From contig NC_087250.1 in NCBI RefSeq assembly GCF_037042905.1, positions 7,690,001-7,754,000 on the forward strand: a DNA stretch of 64,000 nt, read 5' to 3'. The translations under genes and the position numbers were made by a program. Position 1 is the stretch's first letter, and every line of letters begins with the position of its first letter. Shown here in pieces: positions 11,593 to 24,129 of this stretch. Under the pieces are notes generated by a model. The model was not told where the DNA came from. It saw only the letters and a program-made list of their open reading frames with translations, and did no database searches. This DNA comes from Lytechinus pictus (Eukaryota).

Positions 11593-12620
11593 ACGGAGTA
11601 GAAAAAAGATTAGGGAAACAATAAATTTAAGGGAATGGGGATTTTGTTATTTTTCCCGCGCAGTGCGCGGAAATTTTTTTTTTATGAAGAGAGAAGAACG
11701 TCTCGTTTAGGTTTTATTCTTTTGACCAAAAAAGAAGGAAAAACACAACAAAGCTATACCTTTTCTCCTTTCGTTTTTTTCTGTTTCTCCTTTCCCCTTC
11801 TTTTTTTTCTTTTTGGGAGCGTTTTTTTTTTTTTTTTTTTTTTTTTTTTGGGGGGGGGGGGGGGGGGAGGGCGGGACCGCCTCACCACCCCCTGGCTACG
11901 CGCCAGAGCCCCGGGTCCCCCCCGCCTCCATCATTTCGACAAGAAAATTCATACTATTCAATATAAGGGGTCTGTTTCTTCAGACTATTCATGGTCAGCT
12001 GTTAGATAAAAAAAGTTGTGAACTCATCCCGATGCGATGCGATGTTTTCAACGTACGTAGACTAGACAGACTAGACGTAGATGTCGACGAGATGCGATGG
12101 TTTGCTGTGTATTTCCGGTATAGCGGTACGGTTGGGAACATAGGAAGAACCGAGGAATTTGGAAGAAACTACGCGAAACCTTGCGAGGATTGCTCCCAAA
12201 TAACGGATTAATTACTGAATGACATTTCCTCTCTTGGACTTTGGCATCAAGTTGGACTGTGACACGACCCGTTAGCTCCGTCGGATTAACGCTGGGAATT
12301 TCACTTCTTTGATAATTAACAGGTGAGTTTTAATGACTTAACGAGCTGTTGATGGATGGATCGTGCCAGTGGAAGTTAAGTTCAGGGGGATACCCCGGCA
12401 CGCCCGTCGAGCGGATGGGGTCGTCTCGGCGTGTTGAGTGGTGTGAGATCGCTGTCGGCTGGAGTGTATGGCACGGTGGCTGTTAACTGCTTTCTGGGTC
12501 AGTGTTTGATCGGTGGGCGCGGCGTGTCTGGCGAAAGTCCGCCGACTGGTCTCCGAGAAACTGGGGTCTGGGGGTGTACTATTGGCATATATGGAAGCCA
12601 TACGGTCTTGTCGTTGATTG
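11440..12620. promoter_or_regulatory. CpG-rich promoter region, possibly bidirectional
   Basis: High CpG density against a CpG-poor background; NRF1/P3A2-like CGCGCATGCG near 11494-11503; poly-T then poly-G tract 11822-11868; GC box GGGCGGG; ETS-like TTCCGG near 12113. Confidence 0.65.
12030..12322 (+). other. Non-coding first exon of an unidentified + strand gene (start approximate)
   Basis: Consensus donor AACAG|GTGAGT at 12322/12323 inside the CpG-rich region; only a short upstream ORF. Confidence 0.55.
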
Positions 12621-13060
12621 CAATGGATTCACCGAGTCTGAGTCCTGAGTTTTGAAATAAGAAGGAAGTTTGTTGAATGAGTGAGAGGGAAGATGATATG
12701 TTTTATTAAAAAAAGATAACAAAAAATACATTGTATTTTCTGGTTTGGAGAAAAAAGCAACAATAATATGGAAAAGTCAAGACTCAAACTCAAAGTTGAC
12801 AGATTTGCAAAATCAGTCATCAACCAACCAACAAACCAACCGATTTAAATTTGATTTTTGCCGAACCCCATAATGACTTAAAATTAAATGTAGGTAAAAA
12901 AAATTCAGGAGTCAAGTTTGGAATATGGTTGAGAAAATTGTGAGCGGGTGAAGTTAAGTCAAGAGTGGGAAAATTGAATTTTGTTGAATTAATAATAGAT
13001 AATTTTTTGAATGAGTTTGGCTTGTGTTTTTATGGTTTGTCCCAGTTATGTTTAGAGGTA

Positions 13061-13363
13061 GGGGTGTTGTGGCTTAGTGGATAAGTCTCCGGTCTTCGAA
13101 CCAGAAGGCTCATGGTTCAAATCCCGCTGCAGCACTTGCCTCCTCTGCCAAGGCACTTTTTATCTGCATTTGCCACTCTCCACCCAGGTATTGTAAAATG
13201 GGTACCCGGTACTGGCACCAGGCGGTAGGTATCAATTACTTTAATGCTCTAGTGGCCGATCAGGGTTGCTGTGTTAAAGCCACCGGGTAATAGTATGCAC
13301 TGACATACATGTACATGTGTAAATGCAGCACGTAGCACTTTATAAATGTTGGATATTATTATT
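13061..13363 (+). mobile_element. tRNA-derived SINE, CORE-like
   Basis: A box TGGCTTAGTGG, B box GGTTCAAATCC, CCACCCAGGT...AAATGGGTACC, (TAT)n tail. Confidence 0.8.
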
Positions 13364-13379
13364 CAAACATTTAAAATAC

Positions 13380-13690
13380 AATTTCCATTTAAAGGGCACA
13401 CTGTTTGAAGAGCAGGAGCTCAAAGAATAGTATGTACAAGTATGTTAACGACTTCCATCATATAAAAATTACATATTTGTTTTTGTAAGGACTGAGCCCA
13501 TATAATTTGTAGGTCTACATGTATGCAGTTTCTACCAGTATCAATTGTTTTGTTTACATAGTTATGTCAACTGGAGGGAGATCCACTGATAAGCAGTATA
13601 AATATAACCAGGCTTACCAGTAATAAAAGTGTGTTAATTTATTTATCTTGCCAGATAATTGCTGATACAGCGTTACTCATATTCCTTGTA
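13380..13690 (-). pseudogene. Possible decayed Ig-receptor 5' part, copy F
   Basis: One frame reads MSNAVSAIIWQDK*INTLLLLVSLVIFILLISGSPSS*HNYVNKTIDTGRNCIHVDLQIIW: signal-peptide-like stretch then a G-x-N..C...I-W pattern. Confidence 0.35.
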
Positions 13691-13763
13691 TTAATTTAAT
13701 TCTCCCAGGCCATGATTCTACAAAGACTCAAAACTTGTGATGTACTGTACTGTACTTGTAGAT

Positions 13764-14186
13764 GGTATTAAATTGCCAATTCATCTATTGCCAACTGGTC
13801 CTCACCACATTGTCTACTTTCATTTTAGTCTACATGTATTAATGCCATTTCGTCTAACAACTATTTAGTCCAATAACCATTTGGTCCAATCATCACTTTG
13901 TCTATAATTAATCACCATGCCGTTCGTCTCATAAGCATTTGGTCTAATATCCATTTCATTTTCATTCAGTTTGAACAATTAACACCTAGTCTAATTAGAC
14001 CAAATGGTACATGTATATGGACTAAATGGCTATTGGACCAACTGGTTATAGAAATAATGATTGGACAAATTGGCAATTAGACCGTGTGGATAGTGGACAA
14101 ACTGATGGTAGACCAAATGAAAGTATGTATAGTCGAGTTGGCATTTGGAGAAAATGGCATTTAATAGACGAATTAGAAATAAACCT
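13764..14186. mobile_element. MITE, same family as 7104-7494
   Basis: Colinear with 7104-7494, plus CATGTA insertions. Confidence 0.8.
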
Positions 14187-14509
14187 GAACCGATCATATT
14201 CCACACTCAAAATAAGTTAGAAGCGATTCAGGTGATGAATTATACCATCCCATGACAAAAGTATTCAACCCTGATTTTTTTTTCTTCAAAATTTATTCTT
14301 GATTTGGGATAGTTTTGGTATGCACTATGCTCTACAATAGATAGTCATGATGCTATTGGAATTGGAATTGCTTTACATGGACATGTAAACTCCAGTTTCT
14401 TCAAAAGCAATTAAACTACATTGTACATTTTTACATGTAGCAGACTACATGTAGCAGCATTTTTTTTCATTGCCTCATTAGGCAAATTATCAAGCTGTAC
14501 ATGTACATG

Positions 14510-14722
14510 TAGTCTGCAGGCACAGACCCTTTTTTTCGCAATTTTGCATAGTGCATACATGTAATACAGAGTCTGAAGTAATGAGACTGGATTCACGATG
14601 TAGCCTACTGTTGTTGGCTTTACTACAAGTATTTTGGCACAGACAGAGCCTTTGGCATCTAGTCTTCATTCTAGACCTCCTATTGGTTGAAGTGCCAATT
14701 ATGAGTCTGTGCTTGCAGACTT
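14510..14722. mobile_element. Academ-like non-autonomous element
   Basis: TAGTCTGCAGGCACAGAC terminus; reverse-oriented copy at 47954-48160; related copies near 27635 and 51070. Confidence 0.65.
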
Positions 14723-14759
14723 TGGTAGTGGTAGACTGGTAGTGATTTTTTACAAATCT

Positions 14760-14930
14760 GATTGCTAGAAAGCATGAATGCTTGTAAGCAAGCACCAGAG
14801 GACCGACGTCTTGCTAAAGGTCCTCTCCGAAGGACTTTGTACAAAGGGCACGAGCACACCAATTGTGAATCGAACCCGGGTCACCAGAATAGGAAACCCC
14901 GGCTCTACCGACTGAGCTATCGCACCTCCC
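14760..14930 (-). mobile_element. tRNA-derived SINE, Deu-like domain
   Basis: Minus strand: TAGCTCAGTCGG A box, GGTTCGATTC B box, then CCTTCGGAGAGGACCTTTA..GTCGGTCC. Confidence 0.65.
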
Positions 14931-15559
14931 TAGACTACTGTACAGTACATATGCATGTGTACACGTATGTACATTGTAGGTAGGCCTACATGTAGCTCCA
15001 AACTCGGGCTGAAAATAAAGGCAAATTTTGGCTGAAGGAAAGGCAAATTTTGGCAGAAAAAATGAGCAACTGTTTTACAAACATTGTTCATGAGCATCTG
15101 CACTGGTATTGGTGCACAGGTGCTGTGTTCTGAAGTTGTGCTGTGTCATCCGAGACTTCCCAACTCTAAACTGGAAAATAGAGATGATTATGCTGAAAAA
15201 TAGGAAATAATTTGTCAGTCGAGTTATCAAGAGAACTAGGAAAATAATTATTTTAAGAAGATATCAAAATGATTAAAATTCATATTATGTTCGTCAAATT
15301 CAAAATGGTTGGTTAATATTAAATTTAGGTCTTTTAAGATTGTGATTTCTAATATCATAATTCATATTAGGGTGGTGGGATGTATTGTTTACAAACATAA
15401 AAAGAAGCATATGGGACTGATGCAACACTAGTGTGGTTTTGATGCATTTTGGGGTTGACTTGAGAATTACATGTAATTTAGAAAATCTACATTTACATGT
15501 AGCTATTAAAGAGAAAGGGAGAAAGATAGAATGAGAGGGTAATACAGAATAGTATTTAA

Positions 15560-16147
15560 AGGAGAATGAAACCCTTGAAACCAGCTGAATCCATATCAAA
15601 GAGAAAAATCAAAGAAACATATTGTTGAAAGTTTGAGGAAGATTGAACGAATAATAAGAAAGTTATGAGCATTTGAATATTGAGATCACTAATGCCATGT
15701 AGATCCTCCCATTGGCAATGCGACCAAGATCTGTGATGTCACACACGTACAACTCCCTCATTGCTTTAGTACTTATTTCACTTATATTCTCACTTTTATA
15801 GAATCTATCACAAGGTGAGGTGTTCTCTTTATAAATGAGAGGACAAGTACAGAGGTTTCACAACATTATATTATTGATGAATCATTTGTCATATGATTAG
15901 AATGAGCAAAAAGAGATGTTTTGGGGTATATTTTCAGTGTCCACAAGGGGAGAGTTGTTCATCTGTGATATCATAGATCTTGGTTGCGTTGCCAATGGGA
16001 GGATCTCCACAGCATTAATGATCTCGACATTCAAATGCTCATAACTCTTCTATTGCTATTCCTATTTTACTCAAACTTTTGTTGATCTTGTTCTTTGATT
16101 TTTCTGCTTTCACAAAAGCTAACTTGCTCCAAGAGTTTCATTCTCCT
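15560..16147. mobile_element. Kolobok-like MITE
   Basis: TTAA|AGGAGAATGAAAC ... GTTTCATTCTCCT|TTAA with long imperfect arms. Confidence 0.9.
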
Positions 16148-16887
16148 TTAAAGACAATGAAAGGAAGGGGAGAGTGAGGGGTAAAGAGAATAGAAGAAGA
16201 AGTAGAGAGAACTGTCTGACAAATTGTCAGCTCTAACAACTTTCCTTGATTTTGATTGGCTGAGAAGCACTATGGTTGGAATCCGATAAAACAGACTTCA
16301 TCAGATAAAAGTATAAAATCTTCGGGAAAACTATACAAAAAAGTTCAGAGGGAGGGGCAGGCAAGTTTGTAGAAATTCCTAAAAAGGTATTAAAGAGATG
16401 AAAAGTTGAAAACCAACATTTTGCCATCATAATTTTTTGATCAAGAAGGGGTGAAGACAAAATTACATCAGATAATGCGAAAAAGATTCAGATAAATGCA
16501 CGGTATCAACTTGTACTTGTACATGTAGTTTTACAATACAGAAAGAAATCGAAATAAATATTGAGAGAATCTTTGAAAGAATTCAGGCAACTTTGAACTT
16601 TGTTTCTTAGAAATCCCCCATTCATTCCTCACTGACTCATGCCATGAAAATGCTACAATGGGCTGAGGTACTAGACATGATTAGGTTAGTCTGTCTTTCA
16701 GACCCTGTTCTGCAAAGAGTTTCTACTGTAGACTCAATTCAATCTCAAATTGTTTGAGTAGTTTATAGACTAGAGTAGTCTAGACGATAGGAGTTTACGA
16801 TCAATTTCTCTTTGAGTTTAATAGTGAGATGGGGCCCAGAATTACTCCAAAAGATTTCATATGTCACCATATTGAACATTTGGATAC

Positions 16888-17254
16888 TGGCCCAGTCAGA
16901 CGGTTATGGTGATATAGATATCATTGAGGCTCAAAATAAAAAGTTTTGCACAATTTGCAAAAGAAAACAGAGGAAGAAAATTCAGTTTTGAGGCACATTT
17001 TCAGGCCAGAAATTTACTTATTTAACAAAATATTGTATACAAAATAAATGACCAATATGAAAGAGTAACATTTACTCTATCTGATGGTGCAATAATATTT
17101 CATTTGACTTGAGGTTAAAACAGATAAATTCTTAGAGAAAGAAAATCTCACGAATCACGAGATTTTGCAAGGAGGAGGATTCAGCCACGAGATGATTTGG
17201 ATGAATCTGGCCTTTTTGCTCATTAGCATAGGGACCTGCGGTCTGACTGGGCCA
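16888..17254. mobile_element. MITE with TGGCCCAGTCAGAC TIRs
   Basis: 14-bp perfect inverted termini. Confidence 0.7.
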
Positions 17255-17345
17255 TGGTTGTTACAGTACTTTTACACTACTCTTAGATGTGTTCAAACTT
17301 CAGTCATGACATGTAAGGTGTTATTTTAACACCTCAAGGTGTGGC

Positions 17346-17679
17346 CAGCCTAGGAAATACATGAGGGTGACGGGCGATCTCGCACTCATAACAGCCCAAA
17401 TTGCCCCTAACATTAGCCCAAAATGCATGCTTTGGGGCGACCATTCATTCTAGGGTCGCCCCATGATCTGTTTCAAACGATATTCAAGATTCATTTTATA
17501 GAAAATCAGTATAATTTAATAAAACTGGCAGAAGAATAATAATTGCTTTTGCTGCACAATTACTTTTTACCCCTAAAATTAGCCCTTCAAATGAAAGAAA
17601 TAGCCCCTAAAATTCTGCAATCGCTCCACTGCGGAAAAGAAAGATAGTCCCTAAAAAATAAAAACTATTTTCTACCCTG
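17346..17679. mobile_element. P/hAT-like MITE
   Basis: CAGCCTAGGAAATA / TATTTTCTACCCTG termini; homologous to 28196-29011. Confidence 0.7.
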
Positions 17680-20560
17680 ATACAGGCATACTACCAGACA
17701 AGGAATTAAGAATATACTGTACAATGTCATTTCACTAAAAATATAGGCCTCCAGAAGAGGATTTGATCTGGTCTGTTGCATTTGAGTGAACTTTGAAGGA
17801 AGTAATGTCACATTTTTCAGCATTCCTAAGTGTCTTAAATAGCATCATTCGGGGTCAAAGGTCACATTTGTTATGTAGTCTCCATTTCATGATCGCGATA
17901 AGTGCATATTTTGATAAAGTTTTCCTCCCTTGAACTTACTTTTTTCATCTCATTTTGTACCTGCTTTAAACTTGAAGTTTTGATTATGGAAGGGGATAAA
18001 ATTGAAACTTGGAAAGATGCGCCCAGAGCTAAAATGCCAAAGGATTCTGAATGTTTCAGTTGTCCGTATATATTCAGACCCTGTTGTCTACTTGGAACCT
18101 CGAAAGCGTACATGTAGAATGTTCATTGTCTGTCTGGCAGTTATTGCCCTGTCGGGACAATTTTAGAGATGATCTGGGGAAGGCTGATGCCATTGACAAC
18201 TCGTCCTTCAGCAATTGATGCAATTTGAACTACATGTACTGTCTTCTGGGCCATTCCACGGGAAGGTGGACATGTCACTCAAATTTCAAGTTCATCAAAT
18301 TGTTAAGAAGTTATTCATTATGATTTACATGTGCATATATTGAAGTTACAGAAACAAAAAGAATTACATGTACATCAAAGTTATGAGTCACAACCTACCA
18401 TCAAGTCAAGGTACATGTAGGAAAGGTTTACCAAGATTGGCTAGTATGAGGAGACTTTGCCAAAAGATGCTCGTACAGGATTGACCATGTTCTTTTTTTG
18501 TAACGCGAGTTACCAAAATTAAACAATTCAAGAATCTCAATATATTTGTCCTTTGTTTCATTTATTTGGTTCATTTAGTTCTTTTATGTCTACCCTACCC
18601 ATGTTGAAAAAAGTAACTTGTAAATCCTATTTTACAAAGATATAGACATATGCTCCTGATAATGTACCTTATATGTGTAACGCGAGTTACCATGGAATGG
18701 CCCTTCTGGTCATGATCTGTTCCCTTTGATAAGAGTGGTTAAATGTCTACAGACAAAGTTTAATATACAAAGGCCCTTTCAAAGATAACAACTGCTGTGA
18801 TGGGATTTGAACCCAAGACCTTATAGTTCAAAGGGGCTCGTCCACCAATCCACAGATTGCTAGATTATTGCTGGTACCTTGAACAATTTTTAATGCAATC
18901 TTTTGGCAGGTACTGTACTTTACATCATACATAATAATATACATATTTTTTTAATTCCACATGACTGTATACAGCTGTGTAATGATCATAAATGATTTTA
19001 AAAAGTACACAAAGTGTTTGGTATTTATAGTAAAGGGTAGAAAAATGAAGTAACTGAATTTTCTCTATAAAGAGGAATTGTGTGTACATATCATTGGGGG
19101 AATTCCCGTGGTTTATAATACATTTTTGAGATTCAACTCTAATCATCATGATGACATCACTGTCCCCCAGAACACAATGGTTCTTGATCTCTTGTAATGC
19201 GTCCGTCCGGGAGCTTTGAAAGAACTGTTTTCAATTGTTGTAGGCCAGCTGTACCAACGCCCAATCCCTTCTTTCACTTTTAACTTTAATAGGAATCAAG
19301 CCTTGGTAATAAAATGATTTGTGTGTTAGTAAAAAAAGAAGAAGGAAACAGAAAGGTGAAATTTGAAAGAATTTGGAACAGGAATAAGAAAGTTATGGTT
19401 GATTAAATTTTTTTTTTGCTCTTTTCATACACCTACAGATGTGTGTACTGCTTTATAAACTGTCTTTCATGTCTCAGGAACCGTTCCTTGCAGAGTGTTA
19501 GTTTTTAATTTTTTTAAGATTAGATACATGTAGGACTGGTACATGCATTTCCCGAAGAACCTACACTTTGAAAACGTTCCCTGGTTTTATTTTCATGTAA
19601 CCTACATGTACTTGTAGATATGGATTCTCAATCTTTCTTTGTTTTCATATTGATATCTTTTTCATCCTGGCTAATCAAAACCACATCCCTCCTATCAGGG
19701 TGGATCCAGGATTTTTCGAAAGTAGGGGGAGGCACATTTTTCCGAGGATAAATTTGACAAGCAGAAAAAAAAGAAAGAAAAAAAAGGTCTTCACTTTCAA
19801 AGGAGGGGGGGGGGTGCACTTATGTTTTAACAACATTTTTACATTTATTTTCATTGTGCCTCTCAAAAGGGGGGGGGGGGGGGATGGGCTGGCTGTACCC
19901 CCTGGATTCGCCAGTGCCTCCTCTAACCAAAACTTTTCTTTTAAAGCGACAATACATGTACACCACCCATACTTGTTAAAAACAGGCAAAAAAAAATCAC
20001 TGAAAAGGTTCATCTGATTGGTGTGTAGACATGATAACATTTTCTTTTTTTCCACAATCACAAAAATTTAACTTTTTTGGGGGGTAAGCTTTCACTTGCT
20101 AGGCTGCAAGCTTCGTCAGACCCTCGTCGCAGTTCACCGCGAAAAAAATCGCAGTGTGTAGTAATTGACAAGATGGTGGTATGGAATCTGCAAATCATTT
20201 AGCCAATTATCTCTGCCTATCTCTCATCGTGGGGTTGTGATAATGAATACTCTCTGGTATGCGAAGAATCTCATACATCCCTTTCATCCAATTTAGTCTA
20301 CATTTCAGACCCATAGGCATTTCATTGTCTTGCGAAGAAAGAGTCTCCATCTGTGCAGGGCACCATTGCATTCATGTACTACTGTAGAGCTCAGCGATTG
20401 ATCTTGGAGCTATTTTTGATTTTGACAATTGCTCAATTCAGTTCTATGTTTAGAATTAAGTTTCTTTATATTGACCAATAAATGTATTTCAATCTGAATT
20501 CATCAGTCTCAAATCAGTTGCTGTACATTACAGAGCTCTGAAAACTTTTTGGAGCTTGGT
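17680..20560 (-). pseudogene. Decayed multi-Ig-domain membrane receptor, copy B
   Basis: Minus strand: L*CTATD..KYIYW; NVD/KLDE/GMYE across two frameshifts (20270-20304); HCVLGDSDVIM; STCTLSRFQVDNRV*IY; ITNVTFDPE*CY (17839-17874); TM-like LYSIFLIPCLVVCLY near 17680-17725. Confidence 0.5.
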
Positions 20561-22932
20561 ATTGTTATTATCCCCTCCCCCTCAGTGAAACATTGAACAC
20601 ACGTGCATGTACCTGTACATGTACATGTACTATATTTTTAATCACCCCAAAATTGCAGATTGAATGCCTTTTAATAAATTAATGATATTTGGCTTTATTA
20701 GAAGTACATGTTCATGTAGGGCATTTAAAATCTACAGGTACATGTACATGTAGATGCACCAAAGGGCAATTCCATATTAAAAATGATCAACCTTTTTGTA
20801 CTTCCGACCCCCATATTTTCTCAAGTTTTACTACGCTTCATAAACGGACCAAGTCATGGTCATATTTGAGAGCATTACAGACTGTCAAAAGAACAAGAAA
20901 TCAGAGACAGAAATTTTCATGAAGGTCCATCATATAGGGGGTTGGACGTACATATTTTATGGAATTGCCCCAAAGTTAGTTGTTGTGAGCTTTCGATTTA
21001 TTTTGAGGATATTTCGGAACTACAGTATATGAAAGAAACGTTGCTCTTTGAATGCTCTGCTATCATTCAAAATGAGTATTTAACAAATGAAAAGTCTGGA
21101 CCAAGATTCTGCGTGTCGTTCTCTCTAAATTTAAGATTGAAAGTCATGCAATCTCACAGATTGTGGTCAGGGATCATTCCAAAATTGGATTAAAAGTTTC
21201 AATCAAATCAGTCTATTAGATTGAAAACGTAATATTCATTATTCAATCCAACTTTGGATTGGTCCCTGATCCCAATCTATTTTAATCTAAGAAATCTCAG
21301 AAATTTAGAGAGTTGATGTAGTCCCATATGTGCTTATGTGTGTGCAGTGCATGTGAATTTAATACAGAAAGTTTGTCATCATCGTATAGGAGTAGGGGGA
21401 AACCCCGGCGTAGTGGTCCACCTGCATTCCCCCCAATCAGTTATATCGGGAGGAGAGACCTGCGGGTCATAGTGATTCAGTTCGCTTTTTGCCTCCCAGG
21501 CACAGGTGACGCCAAACAAATAATAATAATAATAATAAATTAATAATCATCTGGCAATTAATTTGCCTTTAATACACAAACACCAGTTTAACTGTAGACC
21601 TGCATTATAAACAACCATTCACAATCACTTTGGGACAGTTTTCCCCATTATTCAAATTCACAGCCAGAACTAATCTTCATCTTTGATCTGATTTCAGCTG
21701 ATAACGAGTGGAACTTGATATTTTGTTTGTTTTCAGCATCGGAAACAAAATCAAACCATGGGAGAAAAGAACCATGGAAGTCCCTGAGGGTGTGTTCAGT
21801 TGCCAGTGTTTTTACCCTAGAATCACATTTTGAAACGCTTTTCTGCTTAATGTCAGTTGTGTTGTACATGTGAAAGTAAACGTGTTTCAAAGCACGAACA
21901 TGAAATGCGGAAAAAGGGTTGTGTTGTTTTCGGTCATGTACATGCTCCCTAGAATCGTAATTTGAAACACGTTTTGAAACACATTTTTGCATAACTATGT
22001 TTGCATTGTGACAGTAAACGTTTCAAAGCACAAGCATGAAATCAGAAAAAAGGTTGTTCTGAAAGACGTTTCCGCAGAATCGTGTTTGAAAAAGGGCGAA
22101 TATACGCAACAGTGATTTGAATCATGATTCGATGACATCACTGTGTGGGCCTACTTCTGTGTTCAAGCCAAAGTGCGCGCTGCCAGACTTTAGAAAAAAG
22201 GGTCGATTGAAACCTGATTCTGCAGTACCGGTGATTTTAATATGTTTGTGTCTTGAAATTGAATCATGGTTCATGTTTGCGATCTTTATAGCTTTATGGG
22301 TTGCCTAAACGCAGCCTTATTCATGATGGTGTATGTTTCGGGTGGTATCTGACAGGAATATGGTATCCATATGTGAAACATGTACAGGGTATAATTTCCA
22401 ATTGGGACTTGGGGTAATTCTCCCCCAAAGTGCCCCAAAAGAGCCCTGGAAAAGTATAAAAAGAGCCCCTAAAATTCACATACTGTAGGGTCCAATACAG
22501 AGCAAATTATGGCTGGTTTAATAGCTGAAAAAAAATAAATAAAAGGAGTGGAAAATTTTCATTGACTTTTTGCCTAACATTAATTAAAGGCACTGTTAAA
22601 AACATAGTAAAATTACATGATTTCAATGATATATTATAAGAATTCTGTGATTTTGAAAACTAATTAAGCCTTATTATTGGATAGGTACATGTAGATTGAT
22701 CCTGTAAATATTTTCATAATAAACCTTGTAAACTTAAAAAAAAACATATTGCAAAGAGGAGAGTTGTCTATTTAATTTTCAACACTGTTTTATAGGGAAA
22801 ATTGAAAATGCTCATACTGGGAGCAGAAATATGGTGGGTCAGACAGTGTTCCGTAGAAAGCAAACGAGGTACATGAAGTACATGTATTTTTTAGATTTTC
22901 AGCATCACTGAAAAAATTCTGAAAGTGCAAAT

Positions 22933-23202
22933 CAGGGCCCTGTCTTACAAAGAGTTGCGATTGATCCAATCAATCGCAACTACGGAAAGCCAGCAAAGTC
23001 AACATATAAAATGCATGTTTATTTAAAAAAATCTAGGTATAAAATGTATATCCATATTGATTTATTGACAATTTGGTGTGATCTCCTTTGTTTACAAAGG
23101 ACATTTTGCAAATTTTCTGAAGAAAAAATTATGACACTGATGGATTTCCATAGTGTTACGATTGTGTGGATCAATCGTAACTCTTTGTAAGACGGGGCCT
23201 TG
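22933..23202. mobile_element. PIF/Harbinger-like MITE
   Basis: CAGGGCCCTGTCTTACAAAGAGTT / AACTCTTTGTAAGACGGGGCCTTG; reverse copy at 58993-59266. Confidence 0.85.
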
Positions 23203-24129
23203 TCTGAAAATTTAGTTTTGAACAATGAATAAAAGCCAAATAAAATTGTATGCCATTTCGAGTCCACTGAAAATTACTCTTCTGAATTTCTGATGCCCTG
23301 ATTATCTGCCCTACAACTTCATAGTTTACATTCTTTGGTTAGACATTTGTGTGTGCATGTAGGCCCCCGCCCCCACACATTTCTGTTTGATGATCATGGG
23401 CAGCGATCCCAGAGCGGGGGAAGGGGTGGGGGTGGGAGTCCCCTTGAATAAGTTTGCACAGCACCCTTCATGTACATGTACAATTGTATGGAATAGAGTG
23501 AATATCTCCCCAGATCTACCAAAAATTTTAAGAAATCACTGTATGGTGGTGACAAATTTGCTCTGAGCCAATCAGATTCAAGGATTTTGTGAGCTTTTTT
23601 TTTAATTTAGTAAGAATCACTGGGTATGCATTCGTCTCATGAAATTCTCCCAAACAGCATGAAATAATTCGTAAGCTGCTTCAAAATTCCTTTAGTCATC
23701 TTGAGAAAGTTTCATCAACCAATGTTTAATATGAATGTGAGTGCCAATGTCATGACTTCATACCTTGTAGAGATGCGGATGTACATTTATATGTATGTAG
23801 TTCTGTCTGTTTTTCCAGTCCCCATTTTCTAGGCCTCATCATTTTTTTGGGCTGTTTTATACAAAAAGAAGCAGGATATTACGTCTAGACATGTATACTG
23901 TAGCCACATTGGTCTATTCCCCTTTTGACATCAGACAATCTTTAAGATTAAAGGGACTAAACATAGAGGAACTTGAATTTTTATGTGCATCAGATACCCC
24001 TTTCATGCTTATTAAACATCTAGGGCCATACTCGAAAATCTTGCAGATTGTGGGTGAAACCTTTAATCGAGGTGTACACTTTGGAAATTATCCAATCATC
24101 ATAGATGAAATTATTGGACTCTTGGGTTA

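Noticed and set aside
8563..11903. One large element bounded by GTAGCCAGG / CCTGGCTAC
   Set aside because: Termini only partly match, no TSD, and such ends are common MITE fragments
11635..12655. ORFs over the CpG-rich region
   Set aside because: Cross homopolymer tracts or the splice donor; no recognisable protein
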